Source: Candidatus Nomurabacteria bacterium
GTDB taxonomy: Bacteria > Patescibacteriota > Minisyncoccia > Phycocordibacterales > UBA918
Direction of reading: 5' to 3'
Length of the DNA stretch: 64,000 nucleotides
Assembly (NCBI GenBank): GCA_020632095.1
Contig: JACKGF010000002.1
Location: 80,502 to 144,501 of the forward strand
In this document: one piece after another, positions 51,482 to 61,799 of the stretch
How the letters are laid out: the number at the start of each line of letters is the position of its first letter
Numbering within the stretch: position 1 is the stretch's first letter
Made by a program: the position numbers and the translations under genes
The notes under the pieces: generated by a model
What the model was told of the DNA's origin: nothing
Database searches by the model: none
Seen by the model: only the letters and a program-made list of their open reading frames with translations

Positions 51482-51874
51482 CTATTGTTCCATTGCCGCC
51501 CGAACTTCCTCTGCCGTATAAATATTTCTTTCTCCGGCCGGCAAAGGTTGATTCATTACAGACTCGAGTTCGGCTGTTTCTCCTGTCGAATGACTGACAC
51601 GACCATCTTCACTCAATGGTTCATTCATAGCCTTTTCAATGTCAGCCGGAGTCAACTTTTTTACAGGCTCTTTGTTGACAATTGGGTCCATCACAAAATC
51701 ACTAGGTTTAATCTCCTGAGTGCGCAAGGTTGAATTATAGAATAAGGCCAAACCAATAGTCACCAACGCTAGCAAGGCCACAATACTCCAAGACACTAGG
51801 GGTAGCAGATGTTTTTGGGTGGTCGAAATAGTGTTGTTCGCTGTTTCTTGATCAACGATACTTTCTGGATCCAT
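51482..51874 (-). CDS. Hypothetical membrane-anchored protein (130 aa)
   Basis: ORF with TM helix. Confidence 0.4.
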   Translation of the reverse strand: MDPESIVDQETANNTISTTQKHLLPLVSWSIVALLALVTIGLALFYNSTLRTQEIKPSDFVMDPIVNKEPVKKLTPADIEKAMNEPLSEDGRVSHSTGETAELESVMNQPLPAGERNIYTAEEVRAAMEQ

Positions 51875-51971
51875 ACAATATTATATTAACACCGCAAACT
51901 TCATTAGCAACACAAATCTGGTGCACAGGGTGGGGATAAACGAGTGTACTTTTGCTTTTCAAACTTGAGAC

Positions 51972-53231
51972 TTAGAGCAAAAAGACGGTAGCTAGGCCGA
52001 GCAGGAGTAGCAATCCGAGTACGTCTGTAGCGGTACTAATAAAGATAGTCGAGGTAGCGGCAGGGTCTTTGCCGATATGCTTCATAAAGAGCGGTATGAA
52101 GGAACCTGCCAAAGCCGCTATCAAGTGAGCTCCTACCAATGCCACACCCACCACTAAACCAAGTAACGGGCTACCGTTCCAGAAACTAGAGATGGCCGTA
52201 ACGATAAACCCAATAATTATTCCATTCAATAATCCTGCACCAAGTTCTTTCCATATGGCAGGAGCGGAATTTTGTAGAGAAATAGTACCCAAGGTTAAGC
52301 CTCGTACCATGATCGCAAATGATTGAGTAGCAGCATTGCCACCCATACCAGAAATAATTGGCATATACACCGAGAGGATTGTTAGGCGATCTAGAGTATC
52401 TTGGAAAGCCAAAACTACAAATCCTGCCAGAAAACAAGTGGCTAAGTTTAATATCAACCAACGATAGCGGTTATTTACTTTTTTACCAACACTATCAAAC
52501 GGTCGCTCGCTGTCATCAACTCCAGCAAAATCATACAAGGTTTCGGCCGGTAGTTTACCCAGGAGAGACCTAGCCGCATCAACATAGATAATACCAAGTA
52601 CACTAGTATCATGATCCATCACCACCACCTTCTTACTGCCTTCCTTTATCAAAACATCAATGATTTCTCCTACTTCAGCCTGATATGTAATAGTTGGAAT
52701 TGGTTGGACATATTTTTTGAGTAGCGCACTATTGCGTTCACGCACCATAATCGAAAGTGGCACCTCACCAATAAGAGTTCCTGACTCATGAATCAAGACT
52801 TCAGGATAACGACCTGTTTCATCGTAGTGAACATCTATTACATCTGCCGCTTTGCCAATAGTAAGAGAGCTAGATAAAAATAAATAGTTAAAATTTATCA
52901 AAGACATGGTGGCCTTAGGATGAAACCGTAAGAAATACTCCATTTTTTCTTTTACATCACCCTTGAGCCGATTGACGATTATCTCTCTCCGTTTAGGATC
53001 TGTAATTCTAGCCACTATATGCTTGGCCAACTGCATATCCATATGATCAAGCATCTCGACAATTTCATGTACTTTTAACTGCTTAAGAATTGATTGCTGA
53101 ACATGAGGAGAAAGTTTTTCAAACACTGCACTACGCTCAGGCAAAGTCATTGTCCTTAATATTTCCATACGCTCTTTAGGCCTATAGGTTAAAGAGCGAG
53201 CGTGATCATGATCGATTTTTTTCTTCGGCAT
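51972..53231 (-). CDS. mgtE: Magnesium transporter MgtE
   Basis: N domain, tandem CBS, 5-TM C-terminal domain; 419 aa. Confidence 0.85.
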   Translation of the reverse strand: MPKKKIDHDHARSLTYRPKERMEILRTMTLPERSAVFEKLSPHVQQSILKQLKVHEIVEMLDHMDMQLAKHIVARITDPKRREIIVNRLKGDVKEKMEYFLRFHPKATMSLINFNYLFLSSSLTIGKAADVIDVHYDETGRYPEVLIHESGTLIGEVPLSIMVRERNSALLKKYVQPIPTITYQAEVGEIIDVLIKEGSKKVVVMDHDTSVLGIIYVDAARSLLGKLPAETLYDFAGVDDSERPFDSVGKKVNNRYRWLILNLATCFLAGFVVLAFQDTLDRLTILSVYMPIISGMGGNAATQSFAIMVRGLTLGTISLQNSAPAIWKELGAGLLNGIIIGFIVTAISSFWNGSPLLGLVVGVALVGAHLIAALAGSFIPLFMKHIGKDPAATSTIFISTATDVLGLLLLLGLATVFLL

Positions 53232-53327
53232 TATTCTAGTATATCAAGTAGATTCTTTATAAATTAGGGTTGTTCAAATTAAAGGCGCGGTCCTAGGGCC
53301 GCGCCTTTTAATTTGCTACACAACTTA

Positions 53328-54149
53328 CTACAAAATCTCAATCTCAGCTTCACCCTTAAGCTCCTCTAGGAAAGCATTAATTACTTCTTGTTCTTTAGAG
53401 GCCTTCAGTTGATCAGAAATCTGTGACTTAACTTCCTCAAACGGAGGTAGCTCAACTCCTTCGCCCCCAGCATTTTCATACACCTGAGAAATTTCTTCGT
53501 CAGTTACAACCACTTCAGATTCAGCAAAAATTTGATCGAGCAACTGCTTAATCAACAGTTCATCACGAATATCTACATGCAATTTTTCATCAGTAATACT
53601 AAGGGCTTTCATCCTTTCAGCCAAAACTTCTTCACCACCAATCTCAGTCTTGATTTCTTCTAAGCGAGTATCAACATCTTCATCAGTAATGTTAATTTCA
53701 CGTTTTTCAGCTTCTTGTTTAAGAAGTTCAGTATTCACCAAAACATCCAACGCTTGTTTTCGAATGTCTGCTTGTGCTTCTGGCGTACTTATGTCAGCTC
53801 CTTGAGCCGTAGCAGATTGAGAAAACTGATTAACACTAGTACTTAGATCAGCACCAGTAATTGACTTACCGTTAACAGTTGCTACTTTTGCCTTGGCTTC
53901 TTGATTAGCAATCACTGTATCAAAAATACCAGTCGAAACTCGACCCTGCTTTTCCATTACATACAATACCCCAGTGAAGATAATCACCACTATCAAAACT
54001 GCTACTACATGCTTAACCCAACCCTTTTTTCCACTTGATTCATCTGACACAGCTGTGTAGGCTGCCTCAACTCGAGACTCTTCAACCGGAGCTGAAGTTT
54101 CAACTCGTGACTCATCTTTTTCTACTCTTTCGTTTTCACTCATAGTCAA
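53328..54149 (-). CDS. Membrane-anchored SurA-N-like periplasmic chaperone candidate (no PPIase domain evident)
   Basis: N-terminal TM then SurA_N-like helical region. Confidence 0.4.
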   Translation of the reverse strand: MTMSENERVEKDESRVETSAPVEESRVEAAYTAVSDESSGKKGWVKHVVAVLIVVIIFTGVLYVMEKQGRVSTGIFDTVIANQEAKAKVATVNGKSITGADLSTSVNQFSQSATAQGADISTPEAQADIRKQALDVLVNTELLKQEAEKREINITDEDVDTRLEEIKTEIGGEEVLAERMKALSITDEKLHVDIRDELLIKQLLDQIFAESEVVVTDEEISQVYENAGGEGVELPPFEEVKSQISDQLKASKEQEVINAFLEELKGEAEIEIL

Positions 54150-54232
54150 TTTTGAAGCTTATTATAATTATTTCCGCGACTCCCCGATAAAAGGAGTAAA
54201 CAACGTTTGTGGGTATAATACCACCAATTTAA

Positions 54233-55015
54233 TTATGACAAAGCCCCGCCGTGTTGAGCGCTCCAGCTAGCCAACACTACTGCTGTAGCGGCAGCAGCGT
54301 TTAATGACTCACATCGAGGATGAATCGGTATAGAAATAAGCTCATCACACTGTTCTTTAGTTTTTTCTCGTAAACCACTTCCTTCGTTGCCAAGTACAAA
54401 AACTGATGGTCTGGTGAATTTTTCTGTCACTGTGCTAGTGGTTCCTTCGCCCTCCAGGCCATAAGCCCAGAACCCATCTTCCTGCAAATCACGTAAAACA
54501 GTATTTACATTAGGAATAGTTACCAGCGGGATGCGGAAAGCCATACCAGCCGACACTTTAACCACAGTTCCTGTCACGGGCGCTTGATTGTGAGGTGGAA
54601 TCAAAACTCCCGCCAAACCAAAAGCAGCGGCTGAGCGAATTACCGCTCCAACATTGTGAGGATCTTGTACTTCACCTAGTATCAACAAGGCTGTGTCGGG
54701 GGTAACTTTGAGCGATTGCTTAAATTCTTTGTATGGAATGGTTAGCTTAAGAGGATAAATTCCTGCCACCACTCCTTGATGAGCAGCGTTGGCAGAAATG
54801 CCACGCGGCGGATTTTTTAAATTAAGCATCTTTAATGCAACTTTCTGTTTTTCCGCCAAATCAAGTATCGACACATCAGAAAAATCCGCCGCGAGATGCA
54901 CCTCAACCACTACATCCGGTCGTTCACGCAAAACTTCACGCACGGCGTGTTTTCCAAATATGTATTCAATTTCCACCTTGTCAGTCCTTTTCATAGAGTT
55001 GCCGAATCGTACCAC
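54233..55015 (-). CDS. TrmH/SpoU-family rRNA 2'-O-methyltransferase (RlmB-like)
   Basis: SpoU substrate-binding N-terminus GKHAVREVL, SPOUT motifs LILGEVQDPHNVGAVIRSAAAFG, VLGNEGSGL. Confidence 0.8.
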   Translation of the reverse strand: MVRFGNSMKRTDKVEIEYIFGKHAVREVLRERPDVVVEVHLAADFSDVSILDLAEKQKVALKMLNLKNPPRGISANAAHQGVVAGIYPLKLTIPYKEFKQSLKVTPDTALLILGEVQDPHNVGAVIRSAAAFGLAGVLIPPHNQAPVTGTVVKVSAGMAFRIPLVTIPNVNTVLRDLQEDGFWAYGLEGEGTTSTVTEKFTRPSVFVLGNEGSGLREKTKEQCDELISIPIHPRCESLNAAAATAVVLASWSAQHGGALS

Positions 55016-55091
55016 GATTTTACAAAATAGGAAGGGACACAGATAAATATCGCCCTTATAAAAACCTATTCGGCCATTTGTGTCATTTTAA

Positions 55092-56498
55092 TTAACGCGA
55101 ATCATCAGCGATAGACCTAATGTATGCCACCAACATATCCTGCATCGCCTGAGCAGTCTTCTTGGCTTTTGACTCAAACATTATCTTAAGCGCATATTCA
55201 GTCACACTAGGTTTAACCATGCCCCATGTTTCACCAAAATCCACTACCAAACCATCAAAATGTTTAATTGATTTAGGCTCTAGAGAATTTAAATAAGCCT
55301 CAACTTTTTCCAATGCCAACTTTTTATCTTTAACCATCACTACCACATCTTCAGTTTGTTGGTATTTTAAGTGTGGTTTTATCATTTCACTGAAGGTCAT
55401 ATTTTTATCCTTCGCTTCTGCGTAAGCATCCAGTACATACAAAAAGGTTAGAGTGACAGAGTCAGTAAAGAAAAAATCCTTGAAATAAAAGTGTCCTGAA
55501 TGTTCACAAGCAAACAACACATCTTTTTGACGCATAGCTTCCTTAATAAAAGCGTGACCAACTTTCATCAAGACCGGCTTCCCGCCAGACGCAAGAATTG
55601 ATTCTTCATAAGACCGAGTGGTCAAACCAGTGTACCCAATCCGGGCGGCTGGATTCTTTACTAGCAATCGCTCAGCCACCATCGCACCAATCACTGCACT
55701 ATTTATGTAATTTCCCTTCTCGTCTAGAAAAGCCACCCGATCTGAATCGCCGTCAAAGGCAATACCAAAGTCATAGCCTCCTTTTTTCAATTGCGTCCTG
55801 AGTGGTTTTTGGTGTTTTGACAATGTCGGGTCTGAACCTCGATTCGGAAACCGTCCATCTAAGTCACCAAAAATCACCTCAAACTTAGCTGGTAATTTCT
55901 CAACTAGAAGTGGCATCAGTACTCCAGCCATACCATTGCCAGCATCAGCGACAATTTTTAATCCAGCCAGCTTTTTTGCCTGGTACCCTTTCAAGACAAA
56001 CTTTTGGTAGGCTTTTAACACATCTTTTGTGGTTGTTTTACCTCGCTTCACCTCTGACGCAAACACACCTTTTTCAATCCTTTTACGTACCGCTTTCAAA
56101 CCTGATTTTTCGGTCAATGGTATCGCCCCAGCATGAACTAATTTCATTCCGTTATATTCCTTCGGACTATGTGAAGCGGTTATCATCACCCCTGGCAAAT
56201 TGAGCGTAGCTGACGCAAAGTATAGAGCTGGTGAGTGCACCATCCCAATATCAACCACTGACGCCCCCGAATCATTCGCCCCTTTTACAAAAGCCTCATG
56301 TAGAGCTGGTGTCGATAAGCGCATATCGCGCGCTACTACAATTTTAGAATAAGAAAATTCCTCCACAAACGCCCGTGCCACAAAATAAGCCAACTCTTCA
56401 TCAATTTCAGTCGGATAAATCCCTCTAATATCAGCATCCTTGAACGCCCGCTTATAGTCAGCCTTTAAATTCATAGTCATATGAGTAATAGTATACAA
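55092..56498 (-). CDS. Phosphoglucomutase/phosphomannomutase (alpha-D-phosphohexomutase)
   Basis: Active-site TASHSP, metal-binding FDGDSDR, sugar-binding loop. Confidence 0.85.
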   Translation of the reverse strand: MYTITHMTMNLKADYKRAFKDADIRGIYPTEIDEELAYFVARAFVEEFSYSKIVVARDMRLSTPALHEAFVKGANDSGASVVDIGMVHSPALYFASATLNLPGVMITASHSPKEYNGMKLVHAGAIPLTEKSGLKAVRKRIEKGVFASEVKRGKTTTKDVLKAYQKFVLKGYQAKKLAGLKIVADAGNGMAGVLMPLLVEKLPAKFEVIFGDLDGRFPNRGSDPTLSKHQKPLRTQLKKGGYDFGIAFDGDSDRVAFLDEKGNYINSAVIGAMVAERLLVKNPAARIGYTGLTTRSYEESILASGGKPVLMKVGHAFIKEAMRQKDVLFACEHSGHFYFKDFFFTDSVTLTFLYVLDAYAEAKDKNMTFSEMIKPHLKYQQTEDVVVMVKDKKLALEKVEAYLNSLEPKSIKHFDGLVVDFGETWGMVKPSVTEYALKIMFESKAKKTAQAMQDMLVAYIRSIADDSR

Positions 56499-56633
56499 GA
56501 TGACAGATTACTTTCGGTGGTTTTTAAAAGTTAATAACTTCTGAAAACCCCGCTACCATTGACAAAATGGTTAAAATGGTGTAGTATAGAAAGTGAAAAT
56601 TTTGTACAAACAACCAAAAGAGAGGAGTTTCTC

Positions 56634-57125
56634 ATGAGCTATGCGATTGGAAAAGAAGTGTGCCTTTGGCAAGAACGAGTCGAGGCTGGGAAAGTTACCG
56701 TCTTGAAGGAGGTAATCGTCCGGATTACCGAGATCAAAACTGGGGTACCGGGTGAATTTTCCCGCAACCCACAGATGAGCCAAAGTCTGCGCGGAATCGG
56801 TGACGACGGAAATGTGTACGAGAAGCATTGGAACTATTGGCCTGAAGCACAGATCAGATGCTTCGACACACAGTGGTCCATGCGCGATGACGGAGCAGGT
56901 GAACATAATTTTTGGATTCCTAAAGAGGCGGTCTATGCCTACAACGAACTCAAATATTTCGTAAAACACTGCTGCGACAGCGACACCATTGTGCGCGTCG
57001 ACACAAAAGGCCAGCCGATTATCCCCAAAGGAGACTGCACCTACTGCGAAAAACATGATGAATTCCATTATTCATGGCAAGAGTGCTTCAGGTGCTCCAT
57101 GGAAAACCGGCAGAAAACAGCCTGA
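56634..57125 (+). CDS. Hypothetical Cys-rich protein (~163 aa from ATG 56634 after agaggag SD), GC-anomalous
   Basis: ORF with SD; no recognised domain. Confidence 0.4.
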   Translation: MSYAIGKEVCLWQERVEAGKVTVLKEVIVRITEIKTGVPGEFSRNPQMSQSLRGIGDDGNVYEKHWNYWPEAQIRCFDTQWSMRDDGAGEHNFWIPKEAVYAYNELKYFVKHCCDSDTIVRVDTKGQPIIPKGDCTYCEKHDEFHYSWQECFRCSMENRQKTA

Positions 57126-57340
57126 GATGACGAAGTAGAAGCCCTGAGATAACATCAAAGGGCTTCATTTTATTATATGAAATCAAATTTAGTTTTTATC
57201 TACCTTAACCCATCCAGCTTTCACAGTGAGTGATTTCATTTTGTCTAGTTTTCGTAAGACAGTAGAACCCTGTACAACCTACCCCTTTTGGTATTACAAT
57301 CAAGACTGTTTTAAACACAGACAAAGGAGGTTAGCAACAA

Positions 57341-57552
57341 TGTTCAATTATCTAATGCGGCTGTTTTACGGCCTACCCCTGAATGACTCGCGTGAGTTAA
57401 TAGCGGCCAAGAATTATAGGCCTCACAGGTGCCCAGTCTCGCCGCCAAAAACAATGCCGAGCGACCAAAGAAAGCCCGAGGAGCTCAGCAGCGCCGAACT
57501 GGAGGAGGCGGCCGCGAAAATATACACAAAAGCAAACAAAAGTAGGAAATGA
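57341..57552 (+). CDS. Hypothetical small protein (~70 aa) with strong SD aaggagg
   Basis: ATG 57341 eight nt after aaggagg; ORF list gives a longer 57226 start. Confidence 0.35.
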
Positions 57553-57573
57553 CACATTGAAATGTCTACCGAA

Positions 57574-57604
57574 CGAACCTGGTACATCACCAGGTTCTTT
57601 TTTA
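57574..57604 (+). terminator. Rho-independent terminator (aacctggt-acatc-accaggtt + cttttttaa)
   Basis: Stem-loop plus T-run. Confidence 0.65.
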
Positions 57605-57620
57605 ATACTCACCAAAATGA

Positions 57621-57648
57621 TTGACAAATCTGTAAAATGTATTAATAT
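57621..57648 (+). promoter_or_regulatory. Sigma70-like promoter (TTGACA -16- TAATAT) driving a ~150-nt leader upstream of the DEAD-box helicase
   Basis: Consensus -35 and near-consensus -10 seen in sequence. Confidence 0.5.
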
Positions 57649-57800
57649 AGTCGAACGCTTATGTAACTCGTGTGGGGCACATTAGCTGCAGACGTCTGAT
57701 TTGATAATCTTTTCGGGTTTCTGAAATATTTACTACCTGCACGCCCCGGAGTTATAAATACGATTTTTGTATTTATTCTCCATTAACTACACAAAAATAG

Positions 57801-59099
57801 ATGCCAATACAAACAACTAGACGTCCCCAAACCGGACGCCGTCCTTATTCTGGTTCAGGTCAGCCTAGCCGTAATTCAAGTTTTAGTCGTCGTCCCAACA
57901 ACAACAGTGGTGGACGTAGCCGTTTTAGTGTCCGACCAGCTCGTGGCGGAAACAGTGGCGGAGGGAGAAGTGGTGGCGGAGCACGAAAAATGCCTTCGTT
58001 CGACCCATCTCAATTTATCAACAAAAACCCAGTTGAAGTAACCGAGGAAGCATACGTGCCAACTCATGGTTTTAATGATTTTGGACTACATCCAGATATT
58101 GTTGCTACTGTGACCAAGCAAGGTATTACTTCCCCATCACCAATTCAAGACCAAGTTATTCCACTTATTCTTGAAGGCAAGGATGTTATCGGCCTAGCCG
58201 AAACTGGTACTGGTAAAACGGCTGCTTTCCTATTACCTTTGATACAAAAAACTTTGATTCAGAAGAATCAACAAACAATTATCCTGACTCCGACTCGCGA
58301 ACTAGCTCTACAAGCTGAAGCTGAATTCCGTAAGTTTGGAGCAGCTTTCAAGCTTTATGCCACTTCATGTGTTGGAGGTACAAGTATCCGACCACAGATT
58401 CGCGCCCTGAAGCGAAATAATCACTTCATCATCGGCACACCTGGTCGAATTCTTGACCTTATAGACCGTGGTGACTTGCGCACAGACCGTATCAACAACG
58501 TCGTGCTAGACGAAGCTGACCGCATGCTCGATATGGGCTTCATCCATGACATGCGTAAGATTCTGGAGAATGTCACCAAGAACCGACAAACTCTATTCTT
58601 CTCTGCCACCATGACAACAGAAGCTGAGCGTTTGGTTAATGACTTTATGAAGTCACCAGTCACGATTTCTGTGAAGAAAAAAGATGTAACCAACAGTATC
58701 GCCCAAGACGTGGTTACTTACGAACACGTACACAAGTTTGACACCCTCCTTGCACTACTAGCCAAAGAAGAACTTTCACGAGTTATTATTTTTGGAGCTA
58801 TGAAGCACAGTGTGGAGAAGCTTTCAAACGAGTTGGTCAGAAACGGAATCAAAGCTGATTCGATTCATGGCAACAAGAGCCACGGCCAACGACAGCGTTC
58901 ACTTGGTGCTTTTAAAAGTGGTAATATCCGAGTACTAGTTGCAACTGACGTCGCCGCGCGCGGAATCCACGTCGACAACGTATCACACGTGATCAACTAC
59001 GACTTACCTGGAACCTTTGAAGATTATGTTCACCGTATCGGTCGAACTGGTCGAGGAACCAAGCGTGGTCAAGCTTTGACTTTCGTACCAAAGAAATAA
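57801..59099 (+). CDS. DEAD-box ATP-dependent RNA helicase with RGG/Arg-Ser-rich N-terminal extension
   Basis: Q-motif, Walker A AETGTGKTAAF, DEAD, SAT, HRIGRTGR motifs. Confidence 0.9.
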   Translation: MPIQTTRRPQTGRRPYSGSGQPSRNSSFSRRPNNNSGGRSRFSVRPARGGNSGGGRSGGGARKMPSFDPSQFINKNPVEVTEEAYVPTHGFNDFGLHPDIVATVTKQGITSPSPIQDQVIPLILEGKDVIGLAETGTGKTAAFLLPLIQKTLIQKNQQTIILTPTRELALQAEAEFRKFGAAFKLYATSCVGGTSIRPQIRALKRNNHFIIGTPGRILDLIDRGDLRTDRINNVVLDEADRMLDMGFIHDMRKILENVTKNRQTLFFSATMTTEAERLVNDFMKSPVTISVKKKDVTNSIAQDVVTYEHVHKFDTLLALLAKEELSRVIIFGAMKHSVEKLSNELVRNGIKADSIHGNKSHGQRQRSLGAFKSGNIRVLVATDVAARGIHVDNVSHVINYDLPGTFEDYVHRIGRTGRGTKRGQALTFVPKK

Positions 59100-59191
59100 T
59101 CACGATTAACATCTCGAAAACTGCTGTGCGCCCAAAGGGCGCACAGCAGTTTTCATTTGAAAAAGGGGCCAGCTTTGCCGCCCCCTTTTTT

Positions 59192-59689
59192 CTAGTCAAG
59201 ATAACTATCAAAATAGATAGCGTGGCAAGTATAGCCACCAGGATTTTTTTCGAGATAATCTTGATGATAATCTTCTGCTGGCCAAAATCTTGTGGCAGAT
59301 TCAAGAGTAGTAACAACTGGATATGACCAACGTCCCGAATCGTTAACTACCTCAATCATCTCCTCAGCGATTTTCTTTTCCGCTTCCGAAGCGAAGAAAA
59401 TGGCTGACCGATAAGATGTTCCTTTGTCATTTCCCTGCTGATTTAAAGTAGTTGGATTATGAATTTGAAAAAAGAAATCAAGTAAATGACGGTAATCTAG
59501 AATTGAATCATCGTAAGTTATTTCTACCGCTTCAGCATGACCAGGGTGATTTTCATAAGTTGGATTGTCGTTCTTGCCGCCAGTGTAGCCGACTTCGGTG
59601 GTTATAATTCCTTTTTGTGCTCTGAGGAGGTCTTCCATACCCCAAAAGCACCCGCCTGCCAATACTGCTTTGTTATAAATTTTTGTCAT
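59192..59689 (-). CDS. msrA: Peptide methionine sulfoxide reductase MsrA
   Basis: GGCFWGME active-site motif, 165 aa. Confidence 0.9.
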   Translation of the reverse strand: MTKIYNKAVLAGGCFWGMEDLLRAQKGIITTEVGYTGGKNDNPTYENHPGHAEAVEITYDDSILDYRHLLDFFFQIHNPTTLNQQGNDKGTSYRSAIFFASEAEKKIAEEMIEVVNDSGRWSYPVVTTLESATRFWPAEDYHQDYLEKNPGGYTCHAIYFDSYLD

Positions 59690-59842
59690 ACGTTTACATT
59701 ACGTCTTCCACTTCTTACAGAAGCTGTACACCTTGTCGCTACTTTGCTTCAAGTTTTCGCAAAGTAGCTGGCAAGGTCTTGCGTCAGTCTACCAGACTGA
59801 CGAAACTAAAAGCTCGTATTGGCTAATATTACTTTTGATTGA

Positions 59843-60121
59843 TTAATCTTTTAGGTGTTCTTCGAAATACTTTTTTATTAACTCAATATCATTAGCTTCG
59901 AGTACGTGTTTGCGTGGGTTTTTTTCGAGCCACAGCATTGCTTGCTCGTACTCCGGTCGACTAATTCCGGCTTCAATTCCATTTTCCATTAAGTCTGCTC
60001 TAAACAACTTCTCTACCTCAGCTCGCTCAAGTTCATCCAACTTACCGTATAAATTATGCATAATTTCCCTCATCTCCAATTTTGTTACCCGCTTAGGCAG
60101 GTTTGAACTAAATAATCCCAT
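59843..60121 (-). CDS. Hypothetical protein (92 aa)
   Basis: ORF only. Confidence 0.35.
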   Translation of the reverse strand: MGLFSSNLPKRVTKLEMREIMHNLYGKLDELERAEVEKLFRADLMENGIEAGISRPEYEQAMLWLEKNPRKHVLEANDIELIKKYFEEHLKD

Positions 60122-60239
60122 ACCTATAGTGTATCAATATTGTTTGGTTTGAGTAAGGGAAATATGTTCTCAGCTCCGACCCAAATCAAAGAAAAGGCCG
60201 TCACATGACGACCTTCAAACTAATTTTGGAAACAATAGG

Positions 60240-60494
60240 TCAAACTTCAAAATTGACCGCGTACTCTACACCTTCTTGGTCTTTTATTATGTCAAAATAG
60301 TAGTAAAGACCGATACTGCAAGTAAGTTCGCGATTCGCTACTTTTGATAAATCATCAGCCTTAAAGGCTACTTTTTTATCAATAAAAGACAATTCCATAA
60401 ATCCACGCTTAGTATTGGAGTCGTATGAAAACACCCTACCTAGATGTTTTTCTGTTTGAGGAACTGATGATTCTTCTTTTACTTTATTTACCAT
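60240..60494 (-). CDS. Cold-shock-domain-like (OB-fold) small protein candidate
   Basis: GRVFSYDSNTKRGFMELSF loosely resembles the CSD RNP1 region. Confidence 0.3.
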   Translation of the reverse strand: MVNKVKEESSVPQTEKHLGRVFSYDSNTKRGFMELSFIDKKVAFKADDLSKVANRELTCSIGLYYYFDIIKDQEGVEYAVNFEV

Positions 60495-60559
60495 TGATAT
60501 TCTCCTTCTAACAATGAACCAGCTCCCATGAGCACGACCTTTATAAAAACATTTTACCG

Positions 60560-61130
60560 ATACAAGTCAAGCAAACACCAAAAATACCCTTTTATTAAGC
60601 CACAAAAAACACCAGACTCTGTCTGGTGATGGAGGTGGCTGGTCAGATGTTGTATTCTAATACAATGAGATTTCGTAAAAGCACTCACGCCTTATACAAA
60701 ACAGAATATCACGTAGTCTGGACACCTCGATATCACCGCAAAATCTTCGTCACAGGGGTTAAAGAATACGCTGACTCTCTATTTACCAATTTCCCCAACC
60801 TCCATCAAGATATCGAGGTAGTAAAGGTCAACGTCCGCCTAGACCATATACACATAATACTCGTCATACCACCAAGAATTGCAGTTGCCGAGGCCAATCA
60901 GTATTTAAAATCTCAAAGTGGCAAAAGACTTAAGGCAAAATTTGCTTTTCTTAACCAAGTATTCTGGGGTAGAACTGGTATCTGGTCACGCGGTTATTGT
61001 GTCTCTACAATTGGACTCAATGAAAAGCAAATTCTTGACTACGTAACCTACCAAGAAAAAGAGGATAAAGGGCAACTTCAATTCGATCTCGAATAAGGGG
61101 AAACCACCAGCTCTGCTGGTGGAGGGTTCA
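60560..61130 (+). mobile_element. IS200/IS605-family element (tnpA only; ends approximate)
   Basis: Contains Y1 HuH transposase. Confidence 0.5.
60626..61096 (+). CDS. tnpA: IS200/IS605-family transposase TnpA (Y1 HuH)
   Basis: RKSTHALYKTEYHVVWTPRYHRKIF, HuH motif HIHIIL, catalytic Tyr region RGYCVSTIG. Confidence 0.85.
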   Translation: MMEVAGQMLYSNTMRFRKSTHALYKTEYHVVWTPRYHRKIFVTGVKEYADSLFTNFPNLHQDIEVVKVNVRLDHIHIILVIPPRIAVAEANQYLKSQSGKRLKAKFAFLNQVFWGRTGIWSRGYCVSTIGLNEKQILDYVTYQEKEDKGQLQFDLE

Positions 61131-61252
61131 ATTTAAAAGTTATTCTACAAAATGGATATTTTGTAAGAAAAACTATTCTCGTGCGTCATAAGGAGTTGAG
61201 CAACAAAATCTTCAGGCTTTTAGCCGCAAACCAAATATAGGTAGGTTCTACA

Positions 61253-61702
61253 ATGCAAAAAATACGTTCTTTACTGTCAGTTCTTATTCTGACCTCACTA
61301 AGTCTCATCTCTCACAATCTACACGCTAAATCAGCTATATTAATGCCTGTTGAGTACAATAAACAGGACGGTTATATCCGAAAGAAAATGCGTGAACATC
61401 TTGGCAAAAGAAATCGATTACTCGAAATTATTGCTGGATGTGAATCAACTGGTGACCCACACACAATTGAGCACTGGGAGCCGGACGGGACTTTGGTTAA
61501 AAATCCAAAATCAAGTGCTAGAGGTGCATTTCAAATCCTGACAAACAGACATTCGAAATGGATTTCAGAACTAGGACTAAATATGAAAAACATAGATGAT
61601 TACATGGAATTTTTGAGGGTTATTTTTTCAACCCAAGGTTACAATGCTTGGAAGTCATCAAAGGACTGCTGGGGCGAGTACGCTTACCTAGCAAAATCTT
61701 AA
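61253..61702 (+). CDS. Secreted lytic transglycosylase (SLT)-domain-like protein
   Basis: Signal peptide; catalytic-Glu context AGCESTGDP and GAFQI motif. Confidence 0.5.
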   Translation: MQKIRSLLSVLILTSLSLISHNLHAKSAILMPVEYNKQDGYIRKKMREHLGKRNRLLEIIAGCESTGDPHTIEHWEPDGTLVKNPKSSARGAFQILTNRHSKWISELGLNMKNIDDYMEFLRVIFSTQGYNAWKSSKDCWGEYAYLAKS

Positions 61703-61708
61703 CCCCCA

Positions 61709-61786
61709 ACAGCGAGCCTCCCAAGCTCGCTGTTTTTTATTTGAACCACAAAACTAAAAACGCCGGCCTAGGGGCCGGCGTTTTTA
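61709..61786. terminator. Two tandem terminator hairpins (acagcgagc..gctcgctgtttttt; aaaacgccggcc-tag-gggccggcgttttt)
   Basis: GC stems plus T/A runs between convergent genes. Confidence 0.65.
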
Positions 61787-61799
61787 TTTTTAACAGCTT

